Source of the DNA: an uncultured Pseudomonadales bacterium
Lineage (GTDB): Bacteria; Patescibacteriota; Microgenomatia; UBA1400; PJMF01
Assembly: GCA_964511345.1 (NCBI GenBank)
Contig: CAZEEV010000002.1
Location: 2,770 to 66,769, forward strand
Reading direction: 5' to 3'
DNA: 64,000 bases
Positions within the stretch are counted from its first letter, which is position 1. The number at the start of each line of letters is the position of its first letter. The notes beneath the pieces were generated by a model. It searched no databases and was not told the origin of the DNA. It was given only the letters and a program-made list of their open reading frames with translations. Position numbers and translations under genes: made by a program. Shown here one piece after another: positions 47,886-57,168 of the stretch.

Positions 47886-48747
47886 CTCCTATCTGAGTTT
47901 GAAAAAAATCCAAACCCATTTTTTCTAGATTTACCTTAAATTCCTGAGGATCTTCATGCCAAGCTAAAATATAACCTGAGCCAGTTTTTACCCCTCCAGC
48001 TCCAGTAATTTTGCAAAAGGCACCATAGTTTTTTAATTTTTGAATGATTTCTTGAGCTTTTAGGCCAACCACACCTATTTGCTCCAATAAAATCTGGTTT
48101 TCATTTAATAAACTTGGGTTGAAAACACCAGAATTCAAATTCTCCAACATTCTTTGACTTAAAATTCCAATTTTTTGCAAGATTGCTTGATTATTTGGCT
48201 TATCGGCAACTTTTTGCACCATCTCTCCAGTCGATTCACTAGCTTCTCCGGAATTGATTAAGAAAAAATGTTCATTCATCAATGTTTTATTTGATATCGA
48301 TTCTACTTTGCCCTGACTAAAAGCGATTAGTCCTCCATAAACCACAATGCTTGGGTCTGCTCCACTTGAGTGACCATGAATAAAATTTTCTGCCTCTAAA
48401 ACCAAATTATAGAGACGATCTTCATTTAGAGAATAATTATGAAATTTAAACAACTCACTAAAAACTGCAGCAGCAAAGGCAGCTGAAGAACCAAGACCAG
48501 ATTTCTCTAGTAAATTAGATTCAATTTGAATACTAACGTTAATTTTGGAAAGCGGGAATTGAGTGTGTTTGGCAAAAATCTCTAAAATATGTTGCAAATA
48601 TCGATCTTGTTTTTGTTCTTTGCTTAAAAAACCTTCTTTAACCTTACAACTGATACCCATATTTAAACTCGCTAAAATCGCGGTGTGTCCATAAACCACA
48701 CTATGTTCACCAGTTAAAATGACTTTTCCGCTATAAAAGCTAGACAT
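47863..48747 (-). CDS. mvk: GHMP kinase, mevalonate kinase-like
   Basis: SGKVILTGEHSVVYGHTAI; GLGSSAAFAAAV; TGAGGVKTGSGYILA; 294 aa. Confidence 0.7.
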   Translation of the reverse strand: MSSFYSGKVILTGEHSVVYGHTAILASLNMGISCKVKEGFLSKEQKQDRYLQHILEIFAKHTQFPLSKINVSIQIESNLLEKSGLGSSAAFAAAVFSELFKFHNYSLNEDRLYNLVLEAENFIHGHSSGADPSIVVYGGLIAFSQGKVESISNKTLMNEHFFLINSGEASESTGEMVQKVADKPNNQAILQKIGILSQRMLENLNSGVFNPSLLNENQILLEQIGVVGLKAQEIIQKLKNYGAFCKITGAGGVKTGSGYILAWHEDPQEFKVNLEKMGLDFFQTQIGVVYEKSY

Positions 48748-49027
48748 GTTGTACTTTCAAGCCATAACAAATTATCTCGCTCGAAGCCTCTTTTTTAATT
48801 TTTCTTAAAACTATTTCCACTTCGTCATCAATTTCGAATTCACTGTGCGCAACTCCCATTAAAGAAATTTTTTCTTTACCTAAATCAACCAACAAATAAG
48901 CATAGGGCAATAACTCAGTTTGATCAGAAGCAGAGACTTCCATCATAGAAACAGACAAAACTTTGCCTTTTTTACCTAAGTATTTAGACCAATTTTTATT
49001 TGAGCGCCAATATTCTGTAATTTGCAT
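48740..49027 (-). CDS. DUF35-like OB-fold protein (scaffold partner of archaeal-type thiolase/HMG-CoA synthase), lacking the Zn-ribbon
   Basis: 95 aa; position directly downstream of the thiolase; OB-fold-like GKVLSVSMMEV...YAYLLVDLGKEKISLMGVA...DDEVEIVLRKI. Confidence 0.5.
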   Translation of the reverse strand: MQITEYWRSNKNWSKYLGKKGKVLSVSMMEVSASDQTELLPYAYLLVDLGKEKISLMGVAHSEFEIDDEVEIVLRKIKKEASSEIICYGLKVQHV

Positions 49028-49088
49028 AATTTCTGCTTTATAATTTAGTTAGTCACGTTCGACTGAAATTCAAAGTGTTTATTTCTCA

Positions 49089-50201
49089 TTATTTTTTCCC
49101 CAGGATGTTAACTATTGCCGTCGCACCACTACCACCGACATTGTGCGCCAACGTTCGATCAAACTGACCAGCTTCAATTAAAGATGAAAGATAAGCGATT
49201 TGTTTAACCCCAGTAGCTCCCACCGGATGCCCACAAGCTTTTAGTCCACCAGATGGATTAATAACTATTTGTCCATCATAAGTTGCTTGACCTGCAGCGA
49301 TTGCTTGAGCTGCTTTGCCTTTAGCAAAAAATCCAAGATCTTCAGCAGCTAAAATTTCAGCAATACTAAAACAGTCATGCACTTCAATGGCTTGAATATC
49401 TTTTTGACTCAAACTAGCCTGATTAAAAGCTTGTTTAGCTGCTTTTTGCGTGGCTACTAATTTTCCCAAATCCTGGCGATCTTGCAAAGCCAAAGTATCT
49501 TGACCATGACCAAAACCTAAAATTTGAGCTTTACGATTGGATTTTTTACTACTTAGAATTACCGCCGCTACTCCATCGCTAATGGGTGAACAATCTAAAA
49601 GTCTAAGCGGTGAAGCAACCACGGCAGAATTAGAGACATCTTCCAAGGTAAATTTTTTGTGAAATTGAGCCTTGGGATTATTAAAAGCATGTAGATGGTT
49701 TTTAACCACCACACTAGATAACTGCTCACGAGTTGTTCCATAGCGATGCGTATGATAATTGGCCAAAATGGCATAAAGAGCAGGAAAAGTGGAGCCATAT
49801 TCTTTTTCTCTGCTGGCTGCCGTCGCCAAAATGGCACTAGCCTGACTACCAGAAACATCAGTCATCTTTTCTACTCCCAAAACTAGAACTGTCTTGTACA
49901 AACCACTAAGTAAAGCTTGTTGCGCCGCCACAACTGCCAAACCACCAGAGGCACAAGCCCCTTCGACGCGCATAGCTGGTGGAAAATGATCAAATTGTTC
50001 ACTCACTAAAGCACCCAAATGTCTTTGCTCATTAAAACTGCCTCCAGCTTTATTAGCCACGAAAATTGCTTCGATTTCTGAAGGATTAATTTGAGCGTCA
50101 ACTAAGACACCATTAACACCTTCCTTAATCAAATCAGTTAAACTTTTTTCCCAAAGCTCACCAAATTGACCAATATAATTGCCAATTACTTTAATGTTCA
50201 T
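49089..50201 (-). CDS. acetyl-CoA C-acetyltransferase (archaeal-type thiolase)
   Basis: Active-site Cys context RVEGACASGGLAVVAAQ; C-terminal GHPVGATG and GGSGATAI; 370 aa. Confidence 0.8.
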   Translation of the reverse strand: MNIKVIGNYIGQFGELWEKSLTDLIKEGVNGVLVDAQINPSEIEAIFVANKAGGSFNEQRHLGALVSEQFDHFPPAMRVEGACASGGLAVVAAQQALLSGLYKTVLVLGVEKMTDVSGSQASAILATAASREKEYGSTFPALYAILANYHTHRYGTTREQLSSVVVKNHLHAFNNPKAQFHKKFTLEDVSNSAVVASPLRLLDCSPISDGVAAVILSSKKSNRKAQILGFGHGQDTLALQDRQDLGKLVATQKAAKQAFNQASLSQKDIQAIEVHDCFSIAEILAAEDLGFFAKGKAAQAIAAGQATYDGQIVINPSGGLKACGHPVGATGVKQIAYLSSLIEAGQFDRTLAHNVGGSGATAIVNILGKK

Positions 50202-51276
50202 TCTGGCTCCTCATTTTTTGATAATTGGCAAGATTAATGGTTTGCAAAGCAGCAATTTGCTCTGCAAGCATGTTTGAATATTTTTTTCTTTGCATAACTA
50301 AATGATTAGTTGTTTCAAAAAGAAAAGCGTCTGCACCAGCACCAGAACCATAAGAGCAAACTAGTATTTTGCTTTTAGTAGGAGCGATATCTAAAATTTG
50401 GCTCAAAGCTAAAAGCGAAGCTGCCGCATAAGTGTTGCCCACTTCTTTTACAACTAGAGAAGGGGCTAGTTGCTCTCTAGTAAAACCCAATTGTTTAGCT
50501 ACTTGTTGTGGAAACTTAGCATTAGGAGTGTGAAAAACACAAAAATCTATGTCAGCTGGTTGTAAATTAACTTCCTCTAACAAGGCTTTTGTTGCCATGA
50601 TCACATGCTTAAAATAAGCTGGCTCACCAGTGAATCTACCAAAGTGTTGTGGGTAAGATTCTTTGGGTTTGCGCCAAAAATCTGGCGTATCAGTTGCTAC
50701 TGATTTAGTAGCCAGTAATTCAACTAATAGCTGATTACCATTTGCTTCGCTACCAAGGATAAAGGCGGCGGCGCCCGCCGCCGCAGTATATTCCAGTGCG
50801 TCTCCAGGACGAGCTTGGGCAGTGTCGGCACCAATGGCTATAGCATTTTTAAACATGCCCGCTTGCACATAAGCAGCGGCGATTTGTAGGGACTGCGAGC
50901 CTGCTTTGCAAGCAAATTGCAAATCAGCCATACTTAAATAATCACTCAAGCCTAAAGCTGTCTTAACTACTGTACCAGATGGTTTCACTGCATACGGATG
51001 GCTTTCACTACCAATAAAAAGTGTACCAATATCACTGACTGCTCCACCGTTAGATAAAAAGCGATCAAGAGCAATTTTTCCTGCGTCTGTTGCTAAAGTA
51101 ATTGTGTCTTCATCAATACTTGGCACAGTTTTGGATGAAACACCCAAAGATTTAACTAAATCGGAGTTTTTTCCTTGGCTTTGGGCGATTGTGCTGGTCA
51201 GAACTTTTTGCTTAGGTAAAGCTGCAGCGTAAGCAACAATACCAACTCGATTTTTATTTATTTTAGAGTTTTTCAT
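50191..51276 (-). CDS. mvaS: hydroxymethylglutaryl-CoA synthase (archaeal-type, about 360 aa)
   Basis: FabH-like fold; LQFACKAGSQSL (catalytic Cys); FHTPNAKF; CSYGSGAGAD. Confidence 0.75.
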   Translation of the reverse strand: MKNSKINKNRVGIVAYAAALPKQKVLTSTIAQSQGKNSDLVKSLGVSSKTVPSIDEDTITLATDAGKIALDRFLSNGGAVSDIGTLFIGSESHPYAVKPSGTVVKTALGLSDYLSMADLQFACKAGSQSLQIAAAYVQAGMFKNAIAIGADTAQARPGDALEYTAAAGAAAFILGSEANGNQLLVELLATKSVATDTPDFWRKPKESYPQHFGRFTGEPAYFKHVIMATKALLEEVNLQPADIDFCVFHTPNAKFPQQVAKQLGFTREQLAPSLVVKEVGNTYAAASLLALSQILDIAPTKSKILVCSYGSGAGADAFLFETTNHLVMQRKKYSNMLAEQIAALQTINLANYQKMRSQNEH

Positions 51277-51280
51277 TTAA

Positions 51281-52456
51281 TTATCTTGCTAAACGCTGAT
51301 GCGCGCTTGCTAAACTATGGTTACTGAGAGCTGCTAAACCAGAAATTTCGGCCGCTAATACACCAACTGCGAGGATTGTGACTAGTTGCGATGCATTAAG
51401 ATCTTTTTGACCCTTTGTGATAAGTGTTCGCAACTCTCTTTGAGCTGGCAAATTAGTGCCACCGCCAACACTGCCAAATGGAAGATCTGGAAGATTGACA
51501 GCAATATAAATGCCTTTTTCTTCGTTTTCTACGATAGTAGTGCCTTGACTTGCCTCCACAATATGAGCCAGATCTTGACCAGTAGCCATGTAAAAAGCTG
51601 CTACTACATTGGCAAATTGCATGTTTAAAGAATTAGAACCTGCTACATTAGAACCAATAATATTTTTAGCATGGTGAGTTCTTAAAAAATCCCTAGCATT
51701 TGTCTTCAGCACATTTTGCAGAATCTCTTCACTTAAAAAAACCTCAGCCTGAACGCCATAGCCTCTGCCTAATAATTGATTGATAAATGATGCTTTTTTG
51801 TCAGTACAAACATTGCTAGACAAGGCTAACATTTTAATACCTTGATATTGACTCAAAAAATCCTCCCACAATTTTTGTAGAGCAATCGTCACCATATTCA
51901 TACCCATTGCCTGATCTGTTAAGAAACTAAAACGTACATAAACATTACGACCTCTGACAAAACTCATTAATTTAATAAATTTAAGATGAGAGCTGGTTTT
52001 TTCCGTGACTTGGCTGATTTTTTTGAGGGTTTTTTCCTCCTCTAAATATTTAGTAAAAGTAAAAGCCTCGTTTCCATTTTTAAAAGCAAAAACTGGAGCT
52101 CGAGTCATGCCAAAATTTTTGACCATGACTTGCGCGCCGCCAGCTTGATTAATGGCTTTCAAACCTCTGTTGACACTGGCAACGAGAGCTCCTTCGCTAG
52201 TCGCTAATGGCACAAAATATTCTTCTGTTTGTTGCTGTTCATCAATAATTTTCACTGGGCCAGCCAAACCAACCGGCAATGCCACTGCTCCAATCATATT
52301 CTCACAGTTGTGTTGATTAGCTTTACTCAATTCTTCACCAACATTAAAAAGATGATTGTATCCATCTTTTTTCCATGTTTCTTGCAATTTTTTTTGTCGC
52401 TCAAAGATCGTTTCCAGATCAGAGAGTTCGTTTGGGTTTTTTGAAAAGAATGACAT
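51281..52456 (-). CDS. mvaA: hydroxymethylglutaryl-CoA reductase
   Basis: ENMIGAVALPVGLAGPVKI; DQAMGMNMV; GSVGGGT; 391 aa. Confidence 0.85.
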   Translation of the reverse strand: MSFFSKNPNELSDLETIFERQKKLQETWKKDGYNHLFNVGEELSKANQHNCENMIGAVALPVGLAGPVKIIDEQQQTEEYFVPLATSEGALVASVNRGLKAINQAGGAQVMVKNFGMTRAPVFAFKNGNEAFTFTKYLEEEKTLKKISQVTEKTSSHLKFIKLMSFVRGRNVYVRFSFLTDQAMGMNMVTIALQKLWEDFLSQYQGIKMLALSSNVCTDKKASFINQLLGRGYGVQAEVFLSEEILQNVLKTNARDFLRTHHAKNIIGSNVAGSNSLNMQFANVVAAFYMATGQDLAHIVEASQGTTIVENEEKGIYIAVNLPDLPFGSVGGGTNLPAQRELRTLITKGQKDLNASQLVTILAVGVLAAEISGLAALSNHSLASAHQRLAR

Positions 52457-52544
52457 TACCTATTAATAGTCGTAAAAAAAAGCAAAATCATGCAAGAAAT
52501 TTTACATGGCAATCTGGATTTTTTAGTTATAAAATAAGCCAACT

Positions 52545-53225
52545 ATGAAAACAGTGGGCATCATTGGTGGATTGGGACCAGAAACTACGGCGGAATTTTA
52601 TTTAAAGTTAATTTTTTCTAGTTTTGAAAAAGATAAAAAAAAGAGACCTCCCGTGCTGATTTGGAGCATTCCTCTTGAGTATCAGCTTGAACAAGACTTC
52701 ATTACCAAAAGCAAGGGAATTGAAAAATATATCCCATATCTTCAAGATGCAGCTAAAAGATTGGAGAATGGCGGAGCAGATTTTATTGTAATTCCTTGCA
52801 ATTCTGTGCATCTTGCCATTGATGCCGTGCGCCAAGCTGTTAAAATCCCGGTTTTAAGCATTGTTGAAGAAACAGAGAAATTTCTTAAAAAAAGAAACAT
52901 TAAAGAGATTGCTTTGTTGGCAACAAACCCAACCGTCAAGACAAATTTATATAATTTAAAGAATATTAAAATTCATTTACCCATAGAAAAAGATCAGAAG
53001 AAAATTGGACAACTAATTAATAATCTAGTTCGTAGTAGATACAGCAAAAAAGACCAAGCTGAATTAATTAACATTATTAGAAAATTTGCAAAAGAAGACA
53101 TTAAACATGTTGTTTTAGCTTGCACTGATCTGCAACTATTAACTCCAACATATGCCGGAACAGAAATTTTTGATTCCATGGCAATTTTGGCAGAGGCAAC
53201 AATTGAAAAAATCTTAAAATGCTAA
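52545..53225 (+). CDS. aspartate/glutamate racemase family protein
   Basis: IIGGLGPETTAEFY, IVIPCNSVHLAI, VVLACTDLQLL (the two catalytic Cys blocks of PF01177). Confidence 0.75.
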   Translation: MKTVGIIGGLGPETTAEFYLKLIFSSFEKDKKKRPPVLIWSIPLEYQLEQDFITKSKGIEKYIPYLQDAAKRLENGGADFIVIPCNSVHLAIDAVRQAVKIPVLSIVEETEKFLKKRNIKEIALLATNPTVKTNLYNLKNIKIHLPIEKDQKKIGQLINNLVRSRYSKKDQAELINIIRKFAKEDIKHVVLACTDLQLLTPTYAGTEIFDSMAILAEATIEKILKC

Positions 53226-54283
53226 AAAAAATACAAATAGAAAAAAAACTTATTGATACCTGGCTATTAAATTTCCTTCAAGAGGAAGAGAAAAATTTTA
53301 ATCAACAAGCTCTAGTTCAAGAAGCTTTTGCCATTATTAAAGATTTTGTCACTAGTGGGAAAACTGTGCGCGGCGGCCTTTTTTTACTCACCGTAAAAGC
53401 TTTCAATGCACAGATCTACCAAGAAAACCAAAAAGATTTATTAGCTGTGGCCGCCGCACTAGAGCTAGCTCATTCCAGCTTGCTTGTTCATGACGACATT
53501 ATTGATCGAGACGAGATGCGTCGTGGACAGGATTCTGTTTGGCAACAATATGCTAAGAATGCCATCAAAAATGACTACAAAAATCCTCAAAATTATGGTC
53601 AGAGCTTAGCTATTTGTGTTGGCAATATCTTAAATTATTTAGCTGATTTAGCCTTGGCAAGAATTTTTAAACTCCCCACAAATATTCAAAACGATCTTAA
53701 AAAAACCATTGATAAAGAAATTATTAAAACCAATTTTGCAGAAATGCTAGACAGCAAAATCACTCTTCAGAATGAGTTGCCTTCCACAGACGAGGTGCTA
53801 GAAATGTACTTATTCAAAACCGCTCGTTATACCTTTTCTCTTCCTTTCAAATTAGCTGGAATTATCAATCAATTATCTGATAGCCAAAATAATAATTTAA
53901 TTGAAGCTGGCGAAAAATTGGGCATGATTTTTCAAATAAAAGACGATGGAATCAGTCTCTTTGCCACTGAAGAACTTTCTGGAAAAAGTTTTGCTTCGGA
54001 CATTAAAGAAGGTAAAAAAACAATTTTTTATCTCACTTTAATCAAAAACGTCAATAAATCTGAGCAAAAATTTCTTACAGAAAACCTTGGCAAGAGAGAT
54101 CTCGACTTGAAAACTATCGAGAAAATCCAAAATTTATTTCATAAGTACACTAAAAACGAAATTGAAAAAACTATCCAGCAATTAAAACAAGATGCAAAAG
54201 TGCAGATTAAAAAAATTGAGTCGATTCAAATTGCTGAACTACTTGAGGAAATTCTTGACTTTAACTTAAATAGAAAATTTTAG
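53219..54283 (+). CDS. polyprenyl diphosphate synthase (FPP/GGPP synthase family)
   Basis: First Asp-rich motif LVHDDIIDRDEMRRGQ; second FQIKDDGISLF; 354 aa. Confidence 0.8.
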   Translation: MLKKIQIEKKLIDTWLLNFLQEEEKNFNQQALVQEAFAIIKDFVTSGKTVRGGLFLLTVKAFNAQIYQENQKDLLAVAAALELAHSSLLVHDDIIDRDEMRRGQDSVWQQYAKNAIKNDYKNPQNYGQSLAICVGNILNYLADLALARIFKLPTNIQNDLKKTIDKEIIKTNFAEMLDSKITLQNELPSTDEVLEMYLFKTARYTFSLPFKLAGIINQLSDSQNNNLIEAGEKLGMIFQIKDDGISLFATEELSGKSFASDIKEGKKTIFYLTLIKNVNKSEQKFLTENLGKRDLDLKTIEKIQNLFHKYTKNEIEKTIQQLKQDAKVQIKKIESIQIAELLEEILDFNLNRKF

Positions 54284-55485
54284 TTTAGCTCTTCCGTGTG
54301 ATGTTCTTTAATTAGCAAGGTTAGCATCACACCTACTGCAGCAACAATAAATAAACTTTTCCAAGCAATAATCACGAAATTAAAAAGCAAGACAACAATT
54401 AGCCAAAAAATAATTGTTGCTAAACTGTAAATCATTTCTCGATAAACAAAATAAGATAATGCTTCTCGACCTTTGCCTCTTAATATCCAGCTACGATCAA
54501 AAAACAACCAATGAAAACTAGCAGTTAATTTATCGATTGCATTCAAAATAGTGATTGACCAGATATTGACTAAAAAACCTCTTAAAACCCAAAAAATTGA
54601 CAAGAAACTTCCAGAGAGCAAAAATTGTTTGTTGTTTTTACTTTTATCAACAAAAGAGCCTGCCACATAACTAATAAATAAAGCTAAAAACAAAGATAAG
54701 CTATATAAATATCCTAATCCTTGCACAGTACCTAAAATAATAAACATATAAAGTGACCATAAAGACATGGTGCCATCATTGAAACTATGGCCTGTAAAAG
54801 TTAGCGCTAAGCGTCTAAAGCCAGGCTCTTTTAGCCAAGTAAAAAACTCTTTAAAAGATATGGCATCCCTAACTTTGACATTGTCCAAAAGCACTGAAAA
54901 TATTACTCCAAAAAGTACTATCACCAACCCCAATAAGAACAATGCCTGGTATCCCAAAGTAACAATAATTAAACCTCCTAAAGCTGGAGCAATCATTGCC
55001 AATAAATTTAGTAAGAAATTTATGATTCCCAGATTGGCACCTATTTTTGACTGATCACTATTGCGACTTAAAGAGTAATGGTAGCTATTCCAGAAAAAAT
55101 TGATTTGAAAACCGTTAACTACAGCTGCTAAGAAAATTAAATAAGGATTTTCTTTAGATAAATAAAGTAATAAAACAAATAAAACATAGCACAAATGACC
55201 CATCAAGAAACCATGTCTGATACCATATTTAATTGAGATTTTAGAGATTGGAATAGCTGACAAAAAAGAAACAAATCTGGTAGAAGCATAAATCATCGCT
55301 ACATTAAAAATCCCCTCTTTTAATGCTGATAATTCAAATTGGCTCATAAAAGGAAAGCGTATATTAAAAAAATAGATTGGTAGAAAAAAAACCACCAGAT
55401 GATTAGTTAATTCGCGCACTAAACGAATGGCATAAGTATATTGAAAATTCTTAGTTTTCTGAAAACTTAAGTGGAGAATAGGCAT
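54280..55485 (-). CDS. polytopic membrane protein, possible MFS-type transporter
   Basis: About 12 predicted TM helices; no strong family signature. Confidence 0.4.
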   Translation of the reverse strand: MPILHLSFQKTKNFQYTYAIRLVRELTNHLVVFFLPIYFFNIRFPFMSQFELSALKEGIFNVAMIYASTRFVSFLSAIPISKISIKYGIRHGFLMGHLCYVLFVLLLYLSKENPYLIFLAAVVNGFQINFFWNSYHYSLSRNSDQSKIGANLGIINFLLNLLAMIAPALGGLIIVTLGYQALFLLGLVIVLFGVIFSVLLDNVKVRDAISFKEFFTWLKEPGFRRLALTFTGHSFNDGTMSLWSLYMFIILGTVQGLGYLYSLSLFLALFISYVAGSFVDKSKNNKQFLLSGSFLSIFWVLRGFLVNIWSITILNAIDKLTASFHWLFFDRSWILRGKGREALSYFVYREMIYSLATIIFWLIVVLLFNFVIIAWKSLFIVAAVGVMLTLLIKEHHTEELN

Positions 55486-56024
55486 GTAGCAACCTCACTA
55501 ATCACTTGTTCCAATTTTCTTTGCTCAATCTGATTCATTTTCATTAAAACATAGCTACTCGGCTCAATATTGCGACTACCAGCTCGCGAATCAATACCTA
55601 GACGTAAATGCCAAAAGTTTTTATGTCCCAAATGTTTGTAAATCGAAGTTAAACCATTGTGTACTTTTGGACCTTTGCCTTTTTGCAATTTAAATTGTCC
55701 CAAGTCTAAATCTAAATCATCATGCGCCACAATTAGATGATTTCCTTCATCTTCCTCAAGAATATCGGCATAAAAATAATCCAGAAAAGCTCTTAGTGTA
55801 ATGCCAGAATTATTCATGAAAGCCATTGTTTTAATTAAACAAACATCTTCCGCTACTCCATTTTGGATAATCTCTGCTTTGACACACTCTACGTTAAATT
55901 TTTTATCAAAATGAAGATTCAGAGAGAATTTTTTAGCTAAAAAATCAATAAAGGTAAAACCAGCATTGTGCCTAGTGTTTTCGTATTCTTTGCCTGGATT
56001 GCCGAGTCCTACTATAACTTTCAT
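55467..56024 (-). CDS. pth: peptidyl-tRNA hydrolase
   Basis: MKVIVGLGNPGKEYENTRHNAGF and HDDLDL..G..KLK.GGG..GHNGL blocks. The ORF-track start at 56087 (GTG) adds 21 non-conserved residues; the ATG at 56024 is preferred. Confidence 0.85.
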   Translation of the reverse strand: MKVIVGLGNPGKEYENTRHNAGFTFIDFLAKKFSLNLHFDKKFNVECVKAEIIQNGVAEDVCLIKTMAFMNNSGITLRAFLDYFYADILEEDEGNHLIVAHDDLDLDLGQFKLQKGKGPKVHNGLTSIYKHLGHKNFWHLRLGIDSRAGSRNIEPSSYVLMKMNQIEQRKLEQVISEVATCLFST

Positions 56025-56064
56025 ATTTCTACTTGAATGAACAAAAGTATATAATAGCCAAGTC

Positions 56065-57168
56065 ATGAAAACCATTGGAATCTTCACTAGCGGCTATGGA
56101 CACGAAAGTATCGCTGATGCTATTGCAGAAAAAATTGAACAAAAAGCCAAAGGAAGATATAAAGTCAAAAAATTTTTCCGAAAAGAAATTCTTGGTTTTG
56201 CTTATAATTCAATTTATAAGTTTATTCCAGAATCTTTAGGACCTTCTTTTTATCTGAGTTCAAAATTTATTCGTAAAGACAATAATGTTAGAAAATTCTT
56301 AGAAAATTTGTTTTTAGTTAATACAGAAAAGAAAATTAAAGATTTTGTCAAAAAAAATAAAATAAGTTTATGTATTAGCACTTATTTTGGATGCAACCCT
56401 ACTCTGGAAAAAATACAAAAAGAAGGAATTCCACTAGTGAATATCATCACTGATCCTAAAACTGCTCATCCTCTCTTAATTTCGCCAATTGCTAAAGCAC
56501 AAATGGCTTTTGATGAGACTGTTTTTAAGTTATATGCTGATAAAAACACAAAAAAATCCGGTTGGTTTGTAAGATCAAAATTTGAAAACAACTATGACCA
56601 AAGAGAAATTAGAAAAAAACTAAAAATAGACAATCATCTAACTTTTTTAGTTGTTTCTGGCTCTGAGGGAGCGAATGCTATTTTAAAAATTCTACCTAGC
56701 ATCATTAATTGCAATAAAAAAGTAAATTTTATTATTGCTTGCGGCAAAAACAAGTTTCTGTATAACAATATTCTCGGAATTAAACAAAGCTTAAACAGCT
56801 TAAGTTCTTCTAAAGCACAAGTCATTCCTCTTAGTTACACTAAAAATCTGCATTTATATATGCAAGCTGCCGATATGGTTATTGGCAAAGCTGGACCAAA
56901 CACACTTTTCGAAAGCATCGCTTGCGAAACTGCGTTTTTTGCCATCACTCATATTCATGGTCAAGAAGATGGCAATTTGGACATTATTAGAGATTATAAA
57001 ATTGGCGTTGTTGAAGAAAACACTAAAAAAGCCAATCAAGAATTAGAAAAATTAATTCAAAATCCAGAAAAGATCAATTCTTTTACAAAAAATATTAAAA
57101 AACTTAAAGAGTACAACAAAAATTCAATTAATATTTTACTTGAAGAAATTGAAGGTTTATTAAATTAG
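56065..57168 (+). CDS. GT28-like glycosyltransferase (MGDG-synthase/UgtP/MurG-like C-terminal domain), possible glycolipid synthase
   Basis: VVSGSEGANAILKIL and IGKAGPNTLFESIACETAFFAITHIHGQEDGN resemble the GT28 C-terminal nucleotide-sugar-binding domain. Confidence 0.45.
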   Translation: MKTIGIFTSGYGHESIADAIAEKIEQKAKGRYKVKKFFRKEILGFAYNSIYKFIPESLGPSFYLSSKFIRKDNNVRKFLENLFLVNTEKKIKDFVKKNKISLCISTYFGCNPTLEKIQKEGIPLVNIITDPKTAHPLLISPIAKAQMAFDETVFKLYADKNTKKSGWFVRSKFENNYDQREIRKKLKIDNHLTFLVVSGSEGANAILKILPSIINCNKKVNFIIACGKNKFLYNNILGIKQSLNSLSSSKAQVIPLSYTKNLHLYMQAADMVIGKAGPNTLFESIACETAFFAITHIHGQEDGNLDIIRDYKIGVVEENTKKANQELEKLIQNPEKINSFTKNIKKLKEYNKNSINILLEEIEGLLN

